Below are positions 37,491 to 49,804 of a stretch of DNA of 64,000 nt, piece after piece. The stretch lies in the NCBI RefSeq assembly GCF_001194135.2, contig NC_068985.1, forward strand, positions 107,858,191 to 107,922,190, in the 5' to 3' direction. Below the pieces are notes generated by a model. That model had not been told where the DNA came from, ran no database searches, and was given only the letters and a program-made list of their open reading frames with translations. The stretch is from Octopus bimaculoides. Taxonomy: Eukaryota. The first letter of the stretch is position 1; each line of letters begins with the position of its first letter. A program made the translations under genes and the position numbers.

Positions 37491-38552
37491 ATATTTAAAT
37501 ATCATGCCAAAACAGACAATGGAGCTTGGTGCAGCCCTCTGGCTTACCGGCTTCTGCCAAACTGTTCAACAACCCCTGCTTGTATAGAAAATGCATGTTA
37601 AATGATGATGATGAATCCCTTGTAATCCCAGGTAATTTTGTTATGCTTTTATATCACTAATACCTTCGATAAGAAAATGAACTTCACAACTTCCCATTAA
37701 TATATGGAGCCTTTGTGCCAAATAGTGTTGTGGACATAAAATTAGAAGTGCATGAGGAATGGGTTTAATGTGTGAAGAGTGTCTTGCTTGGAATAATTTA
37801 ATCTCCCTTTGCACACGATATAACAACAACTGGGTCTGATAAAGTCTCATACTTGAGAGAGTGACTCATATTACGTCTATCCAATGTTGTTTAATACAGT
37901 CAAAATATATATAAAAAAAATTTTGCATCTGGATTTTACATTAAATTCTTTCATCTTTAATTGCCCAAATTTCATGTTTGTTGTGTATTTTATTTTATTG
38001 TATTTTATTTTTTTTTGTTAATTTATTCTGCTGTGTGGTCTTATTTGATAGATGGTCTTCACTTGCAGTGCTGGCAGGAAATCTGCTGTCTGCCATTTCT
38101 CTTTGCGGCCAACTTTTACATCTGTCTGTATGCAAGCACGCATCCATACACTGCTTAATTTTGGACTCAGAGCTGAGGTTTATAATTGTGAAGTTGTGGT
38201 GTTCATCTCGTTTTAGTAAAAGCAAGCTGAACTGGAAAAGGAAAATTCTATTGTTAGTATTTCATAAAGCTTACCAAAATTAGATGTTTGTTAAATACCA
38301 TAAAGGCTGTTAGCATATTGGACGAAATGCAAAGCAACATTTCTTCTAGCTTTAATGTTCTGAGTTCAAATTCCTCCAAGCTCAAGATTACCTTTCATTC
38401 TTTCAGGGTTGATAAAATAACTTCCAGTATTGTAATGGGATTGATGTAATTGACTACCTGCTTCCACAAAATTTCAGGCCCAGGCCCTGTACCTATTGTT
38501 GAAAGAATTGTTAGGTACCATATTTGATGGCATATAAGCTGCACTGATTCAC

Positions 38553-38595
<43 letters not shown>

Positions 38596-40628
38596 CAAAA
38601 AAATCACCCTGGGTCCTATATGTGAAGCTGGGCATCCTATAATCTTTAATTTACTAATGTTTTCTTTCTAAATTTGTGCTGTTGAAATTATAGTGTGTCT
38701 AATACACCTGTTCATCTTTTATGCCATCAAATGCGTTATTTGCCACATGCAAATTTACAATGTTCATTACTACTGCTGGCACTGCTGCTGATGAGGCTAA
38801 TGAGGCTAATATTTGTTTCTAATTTAGGCCCAAGGCCAACAATTTTAGGGGAAGTAAGTCAAATCAACACCAGGACTTGACTTATTTAATTTGACCCCCA
38901 TATTTAACTGGTACTTTATTTAGGAGGATGAAAAGTAAAGTTGATTTTGGTAGGATTTAAACTTGGAATGGAAAGAACTATCTATTAATCTAGGTTTTTT
39001 TTAAGAGGATCAGTTGGATAAGTTTTAATCCAGTATTATGACTTCATTAGTGAATTCTGATATCTTTTTCTAACATTGACACAAAATTTAGTCATCATTT
39101 GCAATTATGAGCTTGTATCATGTTTTTTTGGTGTCAATGGTTGTGAGCAGACATAGACACACTTATTTCCTAGAATCGTTTCTATGGCTAAATGCCCTTC
39201 CCCACACCAACTACTTTACAACATGTACTGGGAGATTTTTTTCGTGGCACCAACACTACTAAAGTTGCTTTGCAATTTACAAGACTTAAGGCCCAAAAGA
39301 GTCCCTATAACTAAGGGGGAATAGATGAGGTGGTGTAATGATTCTCAGTAGGGTGACAAGAGAGTGTATAGTATAAAGAGAGGAACAAGTTGATAGTTGT
39401 GAGAGGGTAATAGTGAAAAGGGTAACATCATAATGCCATGGATTCAATTCCTGGACCAGGCTGCATGTTGTCTCCTTAAGTCACTCCATTTCATGTTCCC
39501 CCCAATCCACTTAGCTCAGTCACTTTGCCTCATCACAATGTTTCCTATAATTCAAAAATTGCATGCTACCAACTTATTGGTGTATTTCTTCATTAACAAC
39601 CAAACATTTTCAAAATATTTCACTCTGCAGCCTGTCTTCAGTGTTTAGAGTTTCTAAACTGTTTTAAACTAAAACGTAGTAGTTTATCATGTATTTTAGG
39701 CAATATTTAAGCTGTTGTTTATGATGATGTTGATAATGATAATGATGTCTGCACTTTTCTGTGTGTATTTTTATCAATGTTTAGTATATTACTGGATGTT
39801 TTGGCCTTGGTTCTGTCTTATTTTGGTGTCTGAAATATTTTATCTGATCGTCTTTTATGACTGATATCGCTGCTGTATTTACAGCTAATGTCTAAATGAT
39901 GTGCCTGTCTTCAAAGTCACTGCTAAATTGTTTTAGCTCGTTTAAAATGTATTTTTAGCTATCCTTGTTACCAAATTAAATACTTCATTATTAAATATTT
40001 AAATGTAGACAGTTTGTGCTATGTTATTTCCCTGCTTTACATTTACTCATCTTCTCCCATCTTTATCAGTCACCTCTTCCCCCCCCCCACTCTTTCTTTT
40101 CTCCTCTGCTGTTTGTCTTCTATAAAATCTATTTCCTCACTGTTTCCCTCACACAGATGTCTCTATTTTGAGTCACATTCAACTGATAGCTGACATAGGA
40201 TTCTTTGTCTTCTTACCTGCCAGTCTGTCTGTGTCTCCCCTCTGGTCTCAATGGGTATCAGTTTGTTACATACCTTAATAGACTTTAAAAATATTGGATG
40301 TGTTCATATAGTTAAGATGTTTATAAATACAAAGCTAACTGACCACTAGTTTGAGTGAATGACTATGACAATATAGAACACTAAAATCTAAATCTATCTA
40401 CATAGCTTCTTATTTGTATGGGGTTAAGGGATCAGCCTTTAACTGCATTTGGTTTAATATTATTCTAGGAGATTATAAATTACCTTAACAAAAATATAGA
40501 CCTGGAATGGTGTGGAGGACTGGAATTGTAGTTGTAACTATTACAAGTTTGCTATAGGTACATCACCTTTAGATGTTTTGTGTGTGGCATATTGTCACAG
40601 CCATTTACCAACTGGTTAACCATGTAAG

Positions 40629-41015
40629 GTGGAGGCGCAATGGCCCAGTGGTTAGGGCAGCAGACTCGCAGTCGTAGGATTGCGGTTTTGATTCCCAGAC
40701 TGGGCGTTGTGAGTGTTTATTGAGCGAAAACATCTAAAGCTCCACGATGCTCCGGCAGGGGATGGTGGCGAACCCCGCTGTACTCTTCCACTACAACTTT
40801 CTCTCACTCTTACTTCCTGTTTCTGTTGTGCTTGTAATTCAAAGGGTCAGCCTTGTCACACTGTGTCACGCTGAATATCCTTGAAAACTACGTTAAGGGT
40901 ACACATGTCTGTAGAGTGCTCAGCCACTTGCACGTTAATTTCACGAGCAGGCTGTTCCGTTGATTGGATCAACTGGAACCCTCGTCGTTGTTAGCGACGG
41001 AGTGCCAACAACTAC
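40629..41015 (+). mobile_element. tRNA-derived SINE, family A (~390 bp, CAA tail), full length
   Basis: A box TGGCCCAGTGG (40641-40651), B-box-like GGTTTTGATTCCC (40684-40696), 11-bp TSD aaccatgtaag (40618-40628 and 41016-41026). Confidence 0.9.
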
Positions 41016-41063
41016 AACCATGTAAGACATTGTAACTAAATGAACTTCTTTTTCTCCTTTAGG

Positions 41064-41090
41064 ACCTGTAGATCCAGTACGAGTTTGTGG
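41064..41090 (+). CDS. Candidate 27-nt symmetric microexon (phase 1-1), GPVDPVRVC
   Basis: Strong acceptor cttcttttttctcctttag| with a branch-like ctaaa at 41036-41040. The donor G|gtttgt is weaker. Inclusion keeps the frame between 33624 and 52560. Confidence 0.4.
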
Positions 41091-42289
41091 TTTGTCCTGG
41101 TGTGACAGGTTGATGGTTTTTTTTTTCTTCTTTTATCTATCAGTTACCAAAATATGTAGCTGATAGATAATCCAGGTTTACATAAGAATCTTGTTCACTG
41201 ATATTGTCTTTAGGAACAGATGGTAGTATGTTAAGTGCAGATATGGCTGTGTAGTGAAAAAGCTATTTCCCAACTACATGATTTCAGGTTCAGTCTCAAT
41301 CTCACTACATGGGATATTGGGCAAGTGTCTTATTTAGCCCTGGGCTGACCAAAACCTTGTGAGTAAATATGATGGACAGAAATGAAAGAAGCTCATTCTC
41401 TGTGTGTTTATATTTGTGCTATGTAACTGTGGCTATGAATGATGATGAGGTCACTTCTGTCATCAACAACTATGCTCACTTTGTGCCTTCAAAGATGTAT
41501 GGAATAAGATACCTTTTACATGGAAGACAGGTGAGGGTTGTGACAAGAGGAGCATCTGGTTGTAAAATGATGTTTCAACAATATAATCATCATTTAACAT
41601 CCACTTTTCTATGCTTGCATGATTCACTTTGAGTTGGATTTTCTATGGCTGGATGTCAAAGCTCATCTGTTTCCAAGCAAAGTAATATTTCCCCATGAAC
41701 AGATATGTTCTCATAACATATTGGAAACTGATGACACTGCTTGTATGACAGTGATGTTCATCTACAACTATGTGATGTCAGTAGGAGACACAAACACACA
41801 CACATACACACATGATGGGTGTCTTTCAGTCATCTGCCATGTCCACCCATAAGGCTCTGGTCAATCTGGGGCCACAGTAGCAGATATCTGCCTACAGTAC
41901 TGTACAGCATGACTGAACCTAAAACCATTTCGTTGCGAAACAAGCTTCTTTACCTCACGGCCATCCCTGTGCCTATATGTATGTAATTTTCTACCATTTC
42001 CTTTGAATAATGTTATAAAAACAGAGGAATCTTCAGCTAGCAATGGATTGAGGCCCCAGCTTCAAATAAACGAACCCTACATGTATTGAGTACTTGTTCT
42101 TTCCTCTTTGTACTTCCAAATACTTGTGGAAATAGTGATTGATTGTTATAAATATGTAAGTGGTTAGTAATGTTGGTCAGTATGCTAGGCTAATCTTATT
42201 TACCTGTTGCTTCTCTCTATCTTTAGTTCTCCTTCTTTACCTCTTCGTCTTTCCATCTACCCCCTTCCTCTCTGTCACATTACCACCAG

Positions 42290-42347
42290 CTGGCGAGATA
42301 GAGAAAGGAACACAACAAAGAAATATTTCTTTAGATAAACTCTATAG
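42290..42347 (+). other. Candidate alternative (5' UTR or first) exon
   Basis: Long pyrimidine tract ending accag|, donor TAG|gtaggt. Contains no ATG and has a stop (42332-42334) in frame with ATG 52583 if spliced to 52560. Confidence 0.3.
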
Positions 42348-42500
42348 GTAGGTGTATACAGCAATAACAATCGCCATATGAACCAAAACTGAGAGAGAAT
42401 CTCAAGTGGCAGCTAGGCAGGTCTTCATAGTAATTATTTACTCACCATTGCTATTTTTTTTTTACTGATGAGCCATCACCAAAACACACACATACACATA

Positions 42501-42503
<3 letters not shown>

Positions 42504-42539
<36 letters not shown>

Positions 42540-42624
42540 TTTCTCTCTCTCTCTCTCTTCCTTTCTCTCTCTCTTCCTTTCTCTCTCTCTTCCTTTCTCT
42601 CTCTCTTCCTTTCTCTCTCTCTCT
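42504..42624. repeat. Compound (CT)n-tccttt repeat
   Basis: Direct reading. Confidence 0.9.
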
Positions 42625-45496
42625 AAGGGTGGAAGGGAGATGGAGATTAATCTCTTTCACTCTAGTCTCCTGTTTCTAGTTGAAGTGAGCAATTACATTT
42701 CTAACCTAATGATATTTCTCAGCTGGGTGGTGGTGGTGGTGGGGGGGGGGTTAGAGAGAGGTTAGTTGTGTTTTTAATGAATGGCACAGGCTACTGCTGC
42801 TAAGTCATGCAACTTGTTGTTTCACAGCACACACACACACACACACAACATAGATGATGATGATGATGATGATGATGATGATACATGGTAAAAGAAGTAA
42901 AAAAGGTTAGTTGATTGTAAATCTGTAATGATAGTGTGTTGCTGAATAAATGAGACCAATTGCCTGAATTCTTCAACCTCTACTAAACTGTATTGCGCAG
43001 CATTTAAATCTATATTGGTGCTTGGTCTTTCTTGATTGAGGAAGTTATATTTAATAGTTTCATGATCACTGCTATTTGCAACAGCCATTAAACACCTGAA
43101 CTACAACTATAGCCATGTCTTTTGTTTTTCATTTTTATTTTCTCTTTACTCTTTTTCCTTTTTACGAATTGTGGTTTCTGAGTGCACAGCTTTTGACCTT
43201 ACTCTTAATTCTACATTGCTTCAGCTAGGTTTGAGATGTTTTGGGTATGATGCTTTTAGCATGGCTTGTTTCAGCACCAACTATTTGGTGTAGCTGACTC
43301 AATGCTTATTTGATAGACACTTTAATTTCTCTAGTTATCTCCCTCCCTTCTCTTTTCCCTCCCCCTGTTCCCTCTTTCTTTGTTTATGTGTGAGAACATA
43401 TTTCCCTTTGTGCTTGAAGACCCGGAAAAGTATTTGTCAATCATGCTGAATTAATAAATTGTATTGTCTCTCTCTCTCTCTCTCTCCCTCTGTGCGTGCA
43501 TGCATGCTTGTTTGCCTCCAGTGCTAAAAAGTTTTGTTGGCAAAACAAGCTGAATGTCCAGTTAGTTATGCCCTATTGTCAGCATCCAGATAGCTATTTT
43601 CAATCATCTCATTCCAACCTGAATTCACTTTGCTGATGGTTTGAATATACACCAGGTCATTTGGTTGTGTTAACATTGATAAACTGACTTCTTAATCCAA
43701 GAGAGAATTTCTCTTATGTAATATTTTGACAATTGTAGTCAAGTACTTTCTATCCTGGGGCCAAGCTGTTTAATTTCTTTCTTCTCTTTATTTTGTATCT
43801 CAGTAAACTTATTCCTGCTTGCCCTTCCTTGGTTCTTCAATCACTAATAGGTACTAACTTATATTCTCTTATAGTTACCATCAATAACCAAAGTGAGATT
43901 GTCTTTCACTTAATTGATTCTTAAGAAAACTGACTTCCCTGGGCTCCAATTGAAAGCATTAGCTTAATTCTATTCACACTCATAGTTCCATAGATAGCAG
44001 TTTCGATCTCTAGTACTATGAGTAAAGCAATGTGATGTTAGAAACCTGTTTACCATTTTGTTTACATTTGCATTGGTTTTTCTTCCTTCAGTTCTCTGTT
44101 TGAGTCTCACTTGTGTCAATTTTATCTTTTTATCTGTTAAGCATCTCAATAAGAACCTAATATGTTGGTGTTCAATCAATTGATTTTGTTTCTCTTCTGT
44201 GAAAATTGTTGCAAATTGCCCAAATCTCAGAAAACATTTGTTGTTATTGTTTGGATTACTGCCCCCCCCCCCGCCATCTATTTTAGTGCTTTGGGGAAGC
44301 GGGGAGAGGGTTTGGATGGCTGATGATGGAACAGTTATTTTTATTGTTGAGAATTAATATACATTAAATTAACATACAACCTGTTGTCTGCCTTTCAGGC
44401 TGTGACAAGCACAATTTCACACTTTTTGAAATTCTTTTCATCCAGATTATTCCGTCAATTGTAATGCTTCTTTATTCACATTGCTTTCAATTAATAATCA
44501 TGCATTGTCCCATAACTTTGAGATTTCGATGATGTGTTTGTTTATTATCTTTAGGATACCATTGTTGGGTAGTTGTGAGAAGCCAGATCTGGCCAGTTTG
44601 ACCATAAAATAAGTAGAATATTTGGACCAGCTTAAATGCTAAAGGATTGTAGTAATAGAGTTGACCAAGTGCTCAAATCTTGACCACTTGATCAGCTGCC
44701 TAAGTTATAGTTTGTTGTCTCATGACCTGCTGGATATATAATCTTTTATCTTTTACTTATTTCAGTCATTATTTTGCGGCCATGCAGGGGCACTACCTTG
44801 AAGAACTTTTAGCTGAATGTATCGACCTTGGTACTTACTTTTTAATAGCTTGGTACTTATTCTATCAGTCTCTTTTGCTGAACTGCTAAGTTATAGGGAC
44901 ATAAACACACCAACACTGGTTGTGAAGCAGTGGTGGTGGGAGAAACACAGGCACAAAGATACATACATAGATATATGTATACATACATAAATACATACAA
45001 TGGGCTTCTTTCAATTTCCGTCTACCAAATCCATTCACAAGGCTTGGGTCAAGCTGAAGCTATAGAAGACACTTGCTCAAGGTGCCCTGCAGTGGGACTG
45101 AACCCCAAACCATGTGGTTGGGAAGCAAGCTTCTTACACAGCCACACCAAGTTAAAATTCCCTCGTTGTACCCCACCGTATTTTAAAAAAGGAAAATCCA
45201 TTCCATTCAGCTGTTGTCAATCCACAGCTGGAGGAACACCTCAGCATGCCATTGCTGGCTTATTTCTGCTTGTTGTAGTCTTACCTTACTTTGCTGTCTT
45301 GCTGTGGGTTGCGATAGGGTGCTCTTTTTGGTCAAGTAGTTAACGCTGGCGATTGACACTTATTTGATAGGATAGGTCTAGGTGTATTTTTCTTTTACTC
45401 GTTTCAGCCCTGGGACTGTGGCCCTATTAGGGCACTGGTAATCAAATGCTCAATCAATTTACATCAGCCTGCCCTACTTATTATGTTGACTAGTTC

Positions 45497-45703
45497 TTAA
45501 CCTCTTTGTTACCAAATTTCTGTTGAAATACACTGCTTTTGTTTCAATGAATTTTGCCAAGTTACAAAGAATTTTGACAATAAGTTTGTCATTGTTAAGC
45601 TGGTATTTGGAACATGACATGAAATTTTGATGGAAGGTTTTAATTTAAATTTCATCAAAACAAGTTTATATCATAAGACCAAGGTTGGTATCAAAAGGGT
45701 TAA
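45497..45703. mobile_element. TTAA-flanked MITE (~205 bp)
   Basis: Ends ttaacctctttgttacc and ggtatcaaaagggttaa. Same family at 29618-29853, 52890-53089 and 25296-25521 (opposite orientation), plus a fragment at ~57372. Confidence 0.8.
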
Positions 45704-46271
45704 ATTTCATTGTTTACAGACTCTCGTGTGTGGGGGTGAGATTTGAAATCAGTTTATAAAGGAATGTAACCAAAATACCACAAAATGTTTTGTTTAAAGT
45801 TCTATTGATTCTGCCAAAATGATTGGATGGTCAAGTTTACATATTGAGGCATCTGACACCTCACTTACAATATTTTCACATTCCAGCCATAGTTACATTT
45901 TAATGGAATTGCTGAAGAGGAATTAATGTTATTGCCAGGAATGTAGTGCAGGAGAATTTGTAGATTGTGACATTGATATTACTACTGCTAACTGATATTA
46001 CTACAACTATTTGTTGTTATTATAATAATAATAATAATAATAATAATGATGATAATAATAATCTGTTTGTTTTATTTACCACCGGAGCCTGTTCATTTAA
46101 TATGTTGCAATGGAGTTGGAAGGCATGCGAGGATAGTTACATTTTTTTCTTTTAGAGTGAGGGGTGAAACAAAAATATTGCACATTATATCAAAATTGAC
46201 ATATCGTGTAATATATGATACAATATATTAGAAATTGTGAAATAAACACAAACAAATGAATTTATGCAAAT

Positions 46272-46626
46272 AAATACACCAGTTTGAGGTGGCCGTTGCC
46301 AGTACCGCCTGACTGGCCTTCGTAGGTTTTTTGAGCGAGATCGTTACCAGTGCCCCTAGACTGGCTCTTGTGTGGGTGGCACATAAAATGCACCATTTTG
46401 AGCGTGGCCGTTGCCAGTACCACCTGACTGGCCCTCGTGCGGGTGACACGTAAAAGCACCCACTACACTCTCTGAGTGGTTAGCGTTAGGAAGGGCATCC
46501 AGCTGTAGAAACTCTGCCAAATCAGATTGGAGCCTGGTGTTGCCATCTGGTTCACCAGTCCTCAGTCAAATCGTCCAACCCATGCTAGCATGGAAAGTGG
46601 ACGTTAAACAATGATGATGATGATGA
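46272..46626 (+). mobile_element. Repeat family B
   Basis: Same body and (GAT)n tail. Another copy spans the gap at 18434-19201; fragments at about 26982-27110, 53265-53380, 61918-62015 and 62440-62585. Confidence 0.85.
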
Positions 46627-47642
46627 TATCATCATTGTCATTGTTTTAATGATCCCTATTCCATGCTTGTATGGGTCCAGTTGAATTTGTTATATATATA
46701 TTTTTGTCCTGATGACTTGAAGATTGGTTATGCAGTTTCCATGGCATGTAAGTGATCAATGGACCCCTGCAATGGATCAGCACTCCGAAATGGGACACAG
46801 TCAAGGCCAGCAATTTGAGTGGTGGGGTACAGGTGGGGAGACAGACAAGTCGATTATATCAACCCTAGCACTTGACTGATATTATGTTTTATCAACCCTA
46901 AAGGACCTTGGTGGGATTTGAACTCAGAAAGTGTCAGAAGAAATACTGCTAAGCATTTTGTCCCATATGTTAACAGTTCTGCTAGCTCACCTTCTAGATG
47001 AATATATACAAACATAATATTTGCATGAATACAATTACATCATCATCATCTATACTTTAATACTCTTCTTGTCATCTTGTTTCTTCCTTTGTCTTGAGAA
47101 CCATGCACCTGGCCTATTTGTTGTTCTATCACTCCAGTTGATAGAAAACATACAAGTCTGGGTCTCTTTCAACTGTTCTTTTGTGGACATACAGAAACCT
47201 CAGTTTTCAGCTACACAGAGGTATACTGCTCTCTTCCCTTGGATATTATTTCCTCAGGCAAGAGCACTTTATCCCCTGTAACTTACCTATCTAATACTTT
47301 TTATGTTTGCGAGTTGGCTTGTGTTCAATTTTCTCTCTGCCACTTGTAATATTAGCAAAACAGTTTTCTTTCTGTTTTTACCACTTATGTGCATCATGGT
47401 GTGTGAGTGAGTCTGTTTGTACAAGTTTTTGTGGAAGTGACTTTATTTTTTATATGTGTGCTTCAAATTTAGTATTTATAATTGTTTTGTTTTTCCAAAC
47501 TCTGTTATTTAAAAGATTTTTATTAAACTTCTTTAACTGTATCATTTGTTTGTTTCACACTTGTAACTAGCACCTCTTACTGCTACCCCAGAAGAAACCA
47601 TCTTAAACATTTAATACACAGCAATTAAAAAAAAAAAAAAAA

Positions 47643-48134
47643 TAGATGCAGGAGTGGCTGTGTGCATAGGCGCAGAAGTGGCTATGTGGTACGTAGCTTG
47701 GTTCCGGGTTCAGTCCCACTGCGTGGCACCTTGGGCAAGTGTCTTCTACTATAGCCTCGGGCTGACCAAAGCCTTGTGAATGGATTTGGTAGACGGAAAC
47801 TGAAAGAAGCTTGTCGTATATATATATGTGTGTGTGTGTGTGTTTATGTGTCTGTGTCCCCCCCCCCCCNNNNNNNNNNNNNNNNNNNNNNNNNNNNNNN
47901 NNNNNNNNNNNNNNNNNNNNNNNNNNNNNNNNNNNNNNNNNNNNNNNNNNNNNNNNNNNNNCCCCCAACATCGCTTGACAACCGATGTTGGTGTGTTTAC
48001 GTCCCCGTAACTTAGCGGTTTGGCAAGTACTAGGCTTACAAAGAATAAGTCCTGGGGTCGATTTGTTTGACTAAAGGCGGTGCTCCAGCATGACCACAGT
48101 CAAATTGACTGAAACAAGTAAAAGAGTAAAAGAG
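47643..48134 (+). mobile_element. SINE family C, tail type 1, spanning the 47870-47961 gap
   Basis: Head, CORE-like block and gtaaaagagtaaaagag tail present. More diverged copies lie at about 11580-11955, 16090-16405, 44745-45146, 55440-55845, 56135-56490, 58945-59304 and 61290-61680 (all minus). Confidence 0.85.
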
Positions 48135-48401
48135 TATATGTGTATCTAAATAAATGCATATAGATAAAAACAAAGCAACCCATCTACACTTATGAGAAGC
48201 CTCTACCTAGATTGGTTCAGATACTGTACAGTTCCACCCATGTTTTTCTCCTGGTACTAAAACTTGAGGCTCCTGAAACCACCTGTGAACATTGTTGATA
48301 CTGGACTAGTTTCAAATCCTATCACATCCTCTGGGTAGTTGCCACTTAATAATATATATTGGCTATTTGTGTGATTTTCACCAATTGTTTATCATTTAAA
48401 T

Positions 48402-48549
48402 CAGTCATGAGTGTGTGACCTATGGGACTTTGGGAATGGTGTACACCTAAACAAAAAAAAATTGCATTGAATTTTTTTTTACCTGTGGTCTACCTGATAA
48501 TGAGCCATGCTTCACGTGGCCCACTTCTCGAAAAAGTTACCCATCCCTG
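48402..48549. mobile_element. Possible degraded hAT MITE
   Basis: Right end ttacccatccctg, left end cag...; flanks atttaaat / gtataaat (6 of 8). The left TIR is poorly preserved. Confidence 0.4.
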
Positions 48550-49577
48550 GTATAAATGTTCTACAAAGTCGGAGCTTATTCGCTTCTCAATCATTGCATT
48601 GTTTCCTATTTCTGTTGTTAGTTCATTCAAAATATTCATTAATTCTTTATTGGTTGTTCAGTGAACTATGTTTTACATGCCTTCAATGTCGGTTTATTTT
48701 CTCTTTATCCTCAGTGTCTCTATTATTTTCCACCCCATCCACACTCCTCTGTTTTCCCCCATCATTGCTAAATGATGGTGTGATATTGTTTGGAGGAGAT
48801 CCTTCAGTCACCTGATTGTCAGCTCCTAACATCTCAGATAAGGTAATTTTTTTCCTTTTATCCTTGGCACTGCAGCTAGTGGTTCCCAGGAAGCTGCTGT
48901 TTCCTGGACCTGCTGTTGATGCAGCCTCCTCTACTGACCTCACCTCCACCTTCTTTCTTCCCCTGATTTCCCAGTTCCTCTGAACAGAAAGCCTCCAGGT
49001 GGCTTTTAGCCACACACACACACACACACACCAATTAGGCATTCTTCTCTGAACACCTGTTCAATTACAATCACAATGATACACATTTCTGGGATAGCAT
49101 TGTGTTCTTTCTTTGTTATGATCATACAGATCCCCACTTTTTGGCCATGTTATTTCATTAGGCTTCTCTGCCCATATTGGCTTATAAAGTCAATAGTCAA
49201 CAAAACTACCTAGGTCTGTGATTGTGCCATAGTATTCCATCACCCTAACAGCAACCAATCTGTGGGCAGGTCTGTTGTGCACCAAACTCACCTTGCTTCT
49301 CACCTTATACTTCCATGCACTCTATCCCAGACAGGCACATTATTTCCTTCCTTGCTGTTTCTGGATGTATTCCTTATAATATATTCTGTTTTCTTTTTTC
49401 CTGTGAGCTAGCCTGTATCGATCACCTGCGTCTGTTGAGCAGTGTACACGAAACTATTGCTATTAATGTTATAAGAAGTATTTTTTTTTCATTTGATAGT
49501 GTTGGATGAGTCAACTTGTCCAAATGTATTTATTCATTTTTTTTGTGTTTTGTCTTTTTTGTGAGGTTCCAAAATGT

Positions 49578-49804
49578 TTAACCTTTTAGCATTTAAACTG
49601 ACCATTTCCAATGCAAATATTCTACCTGTTTTACGCTCAAATCAGCCAGATCCCATCTCTCACACCTGCTCTACAATATCATTCTAAAAATATACAGTCA
49701 TATCATCAAAATCTTGAAACTACAAGATAATACATGATTATTGAGAACAATTTGAATAAATGAGCTTTACATTTGACAGAGTAATCTGAATGCTAAAGGG
49801 TTAA
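49578..49804. mobile_element. Second TTAA-flanked MITE family
   Basis: Ends ttaaccttttagcatt and aatgctaaagggttaa; a related partial copy at about 44400-44647. Confidence 0.75.

Noticed and set aside
40629-40705. tRNA gene
   Set aside because: A and B boxes are present, but the sequence continues into a SINE body with tail and TSD; it is a tRNA-derived head, not a gene.
48683-49480. 119-aa minus-strand ORF and adjacent LINE-like text (similar at 10150-10660 and 23700-24250)
   Set aside because: No recognisable domain motif by eye; probably decayed retroelement sequence, but I cannot assign a family.
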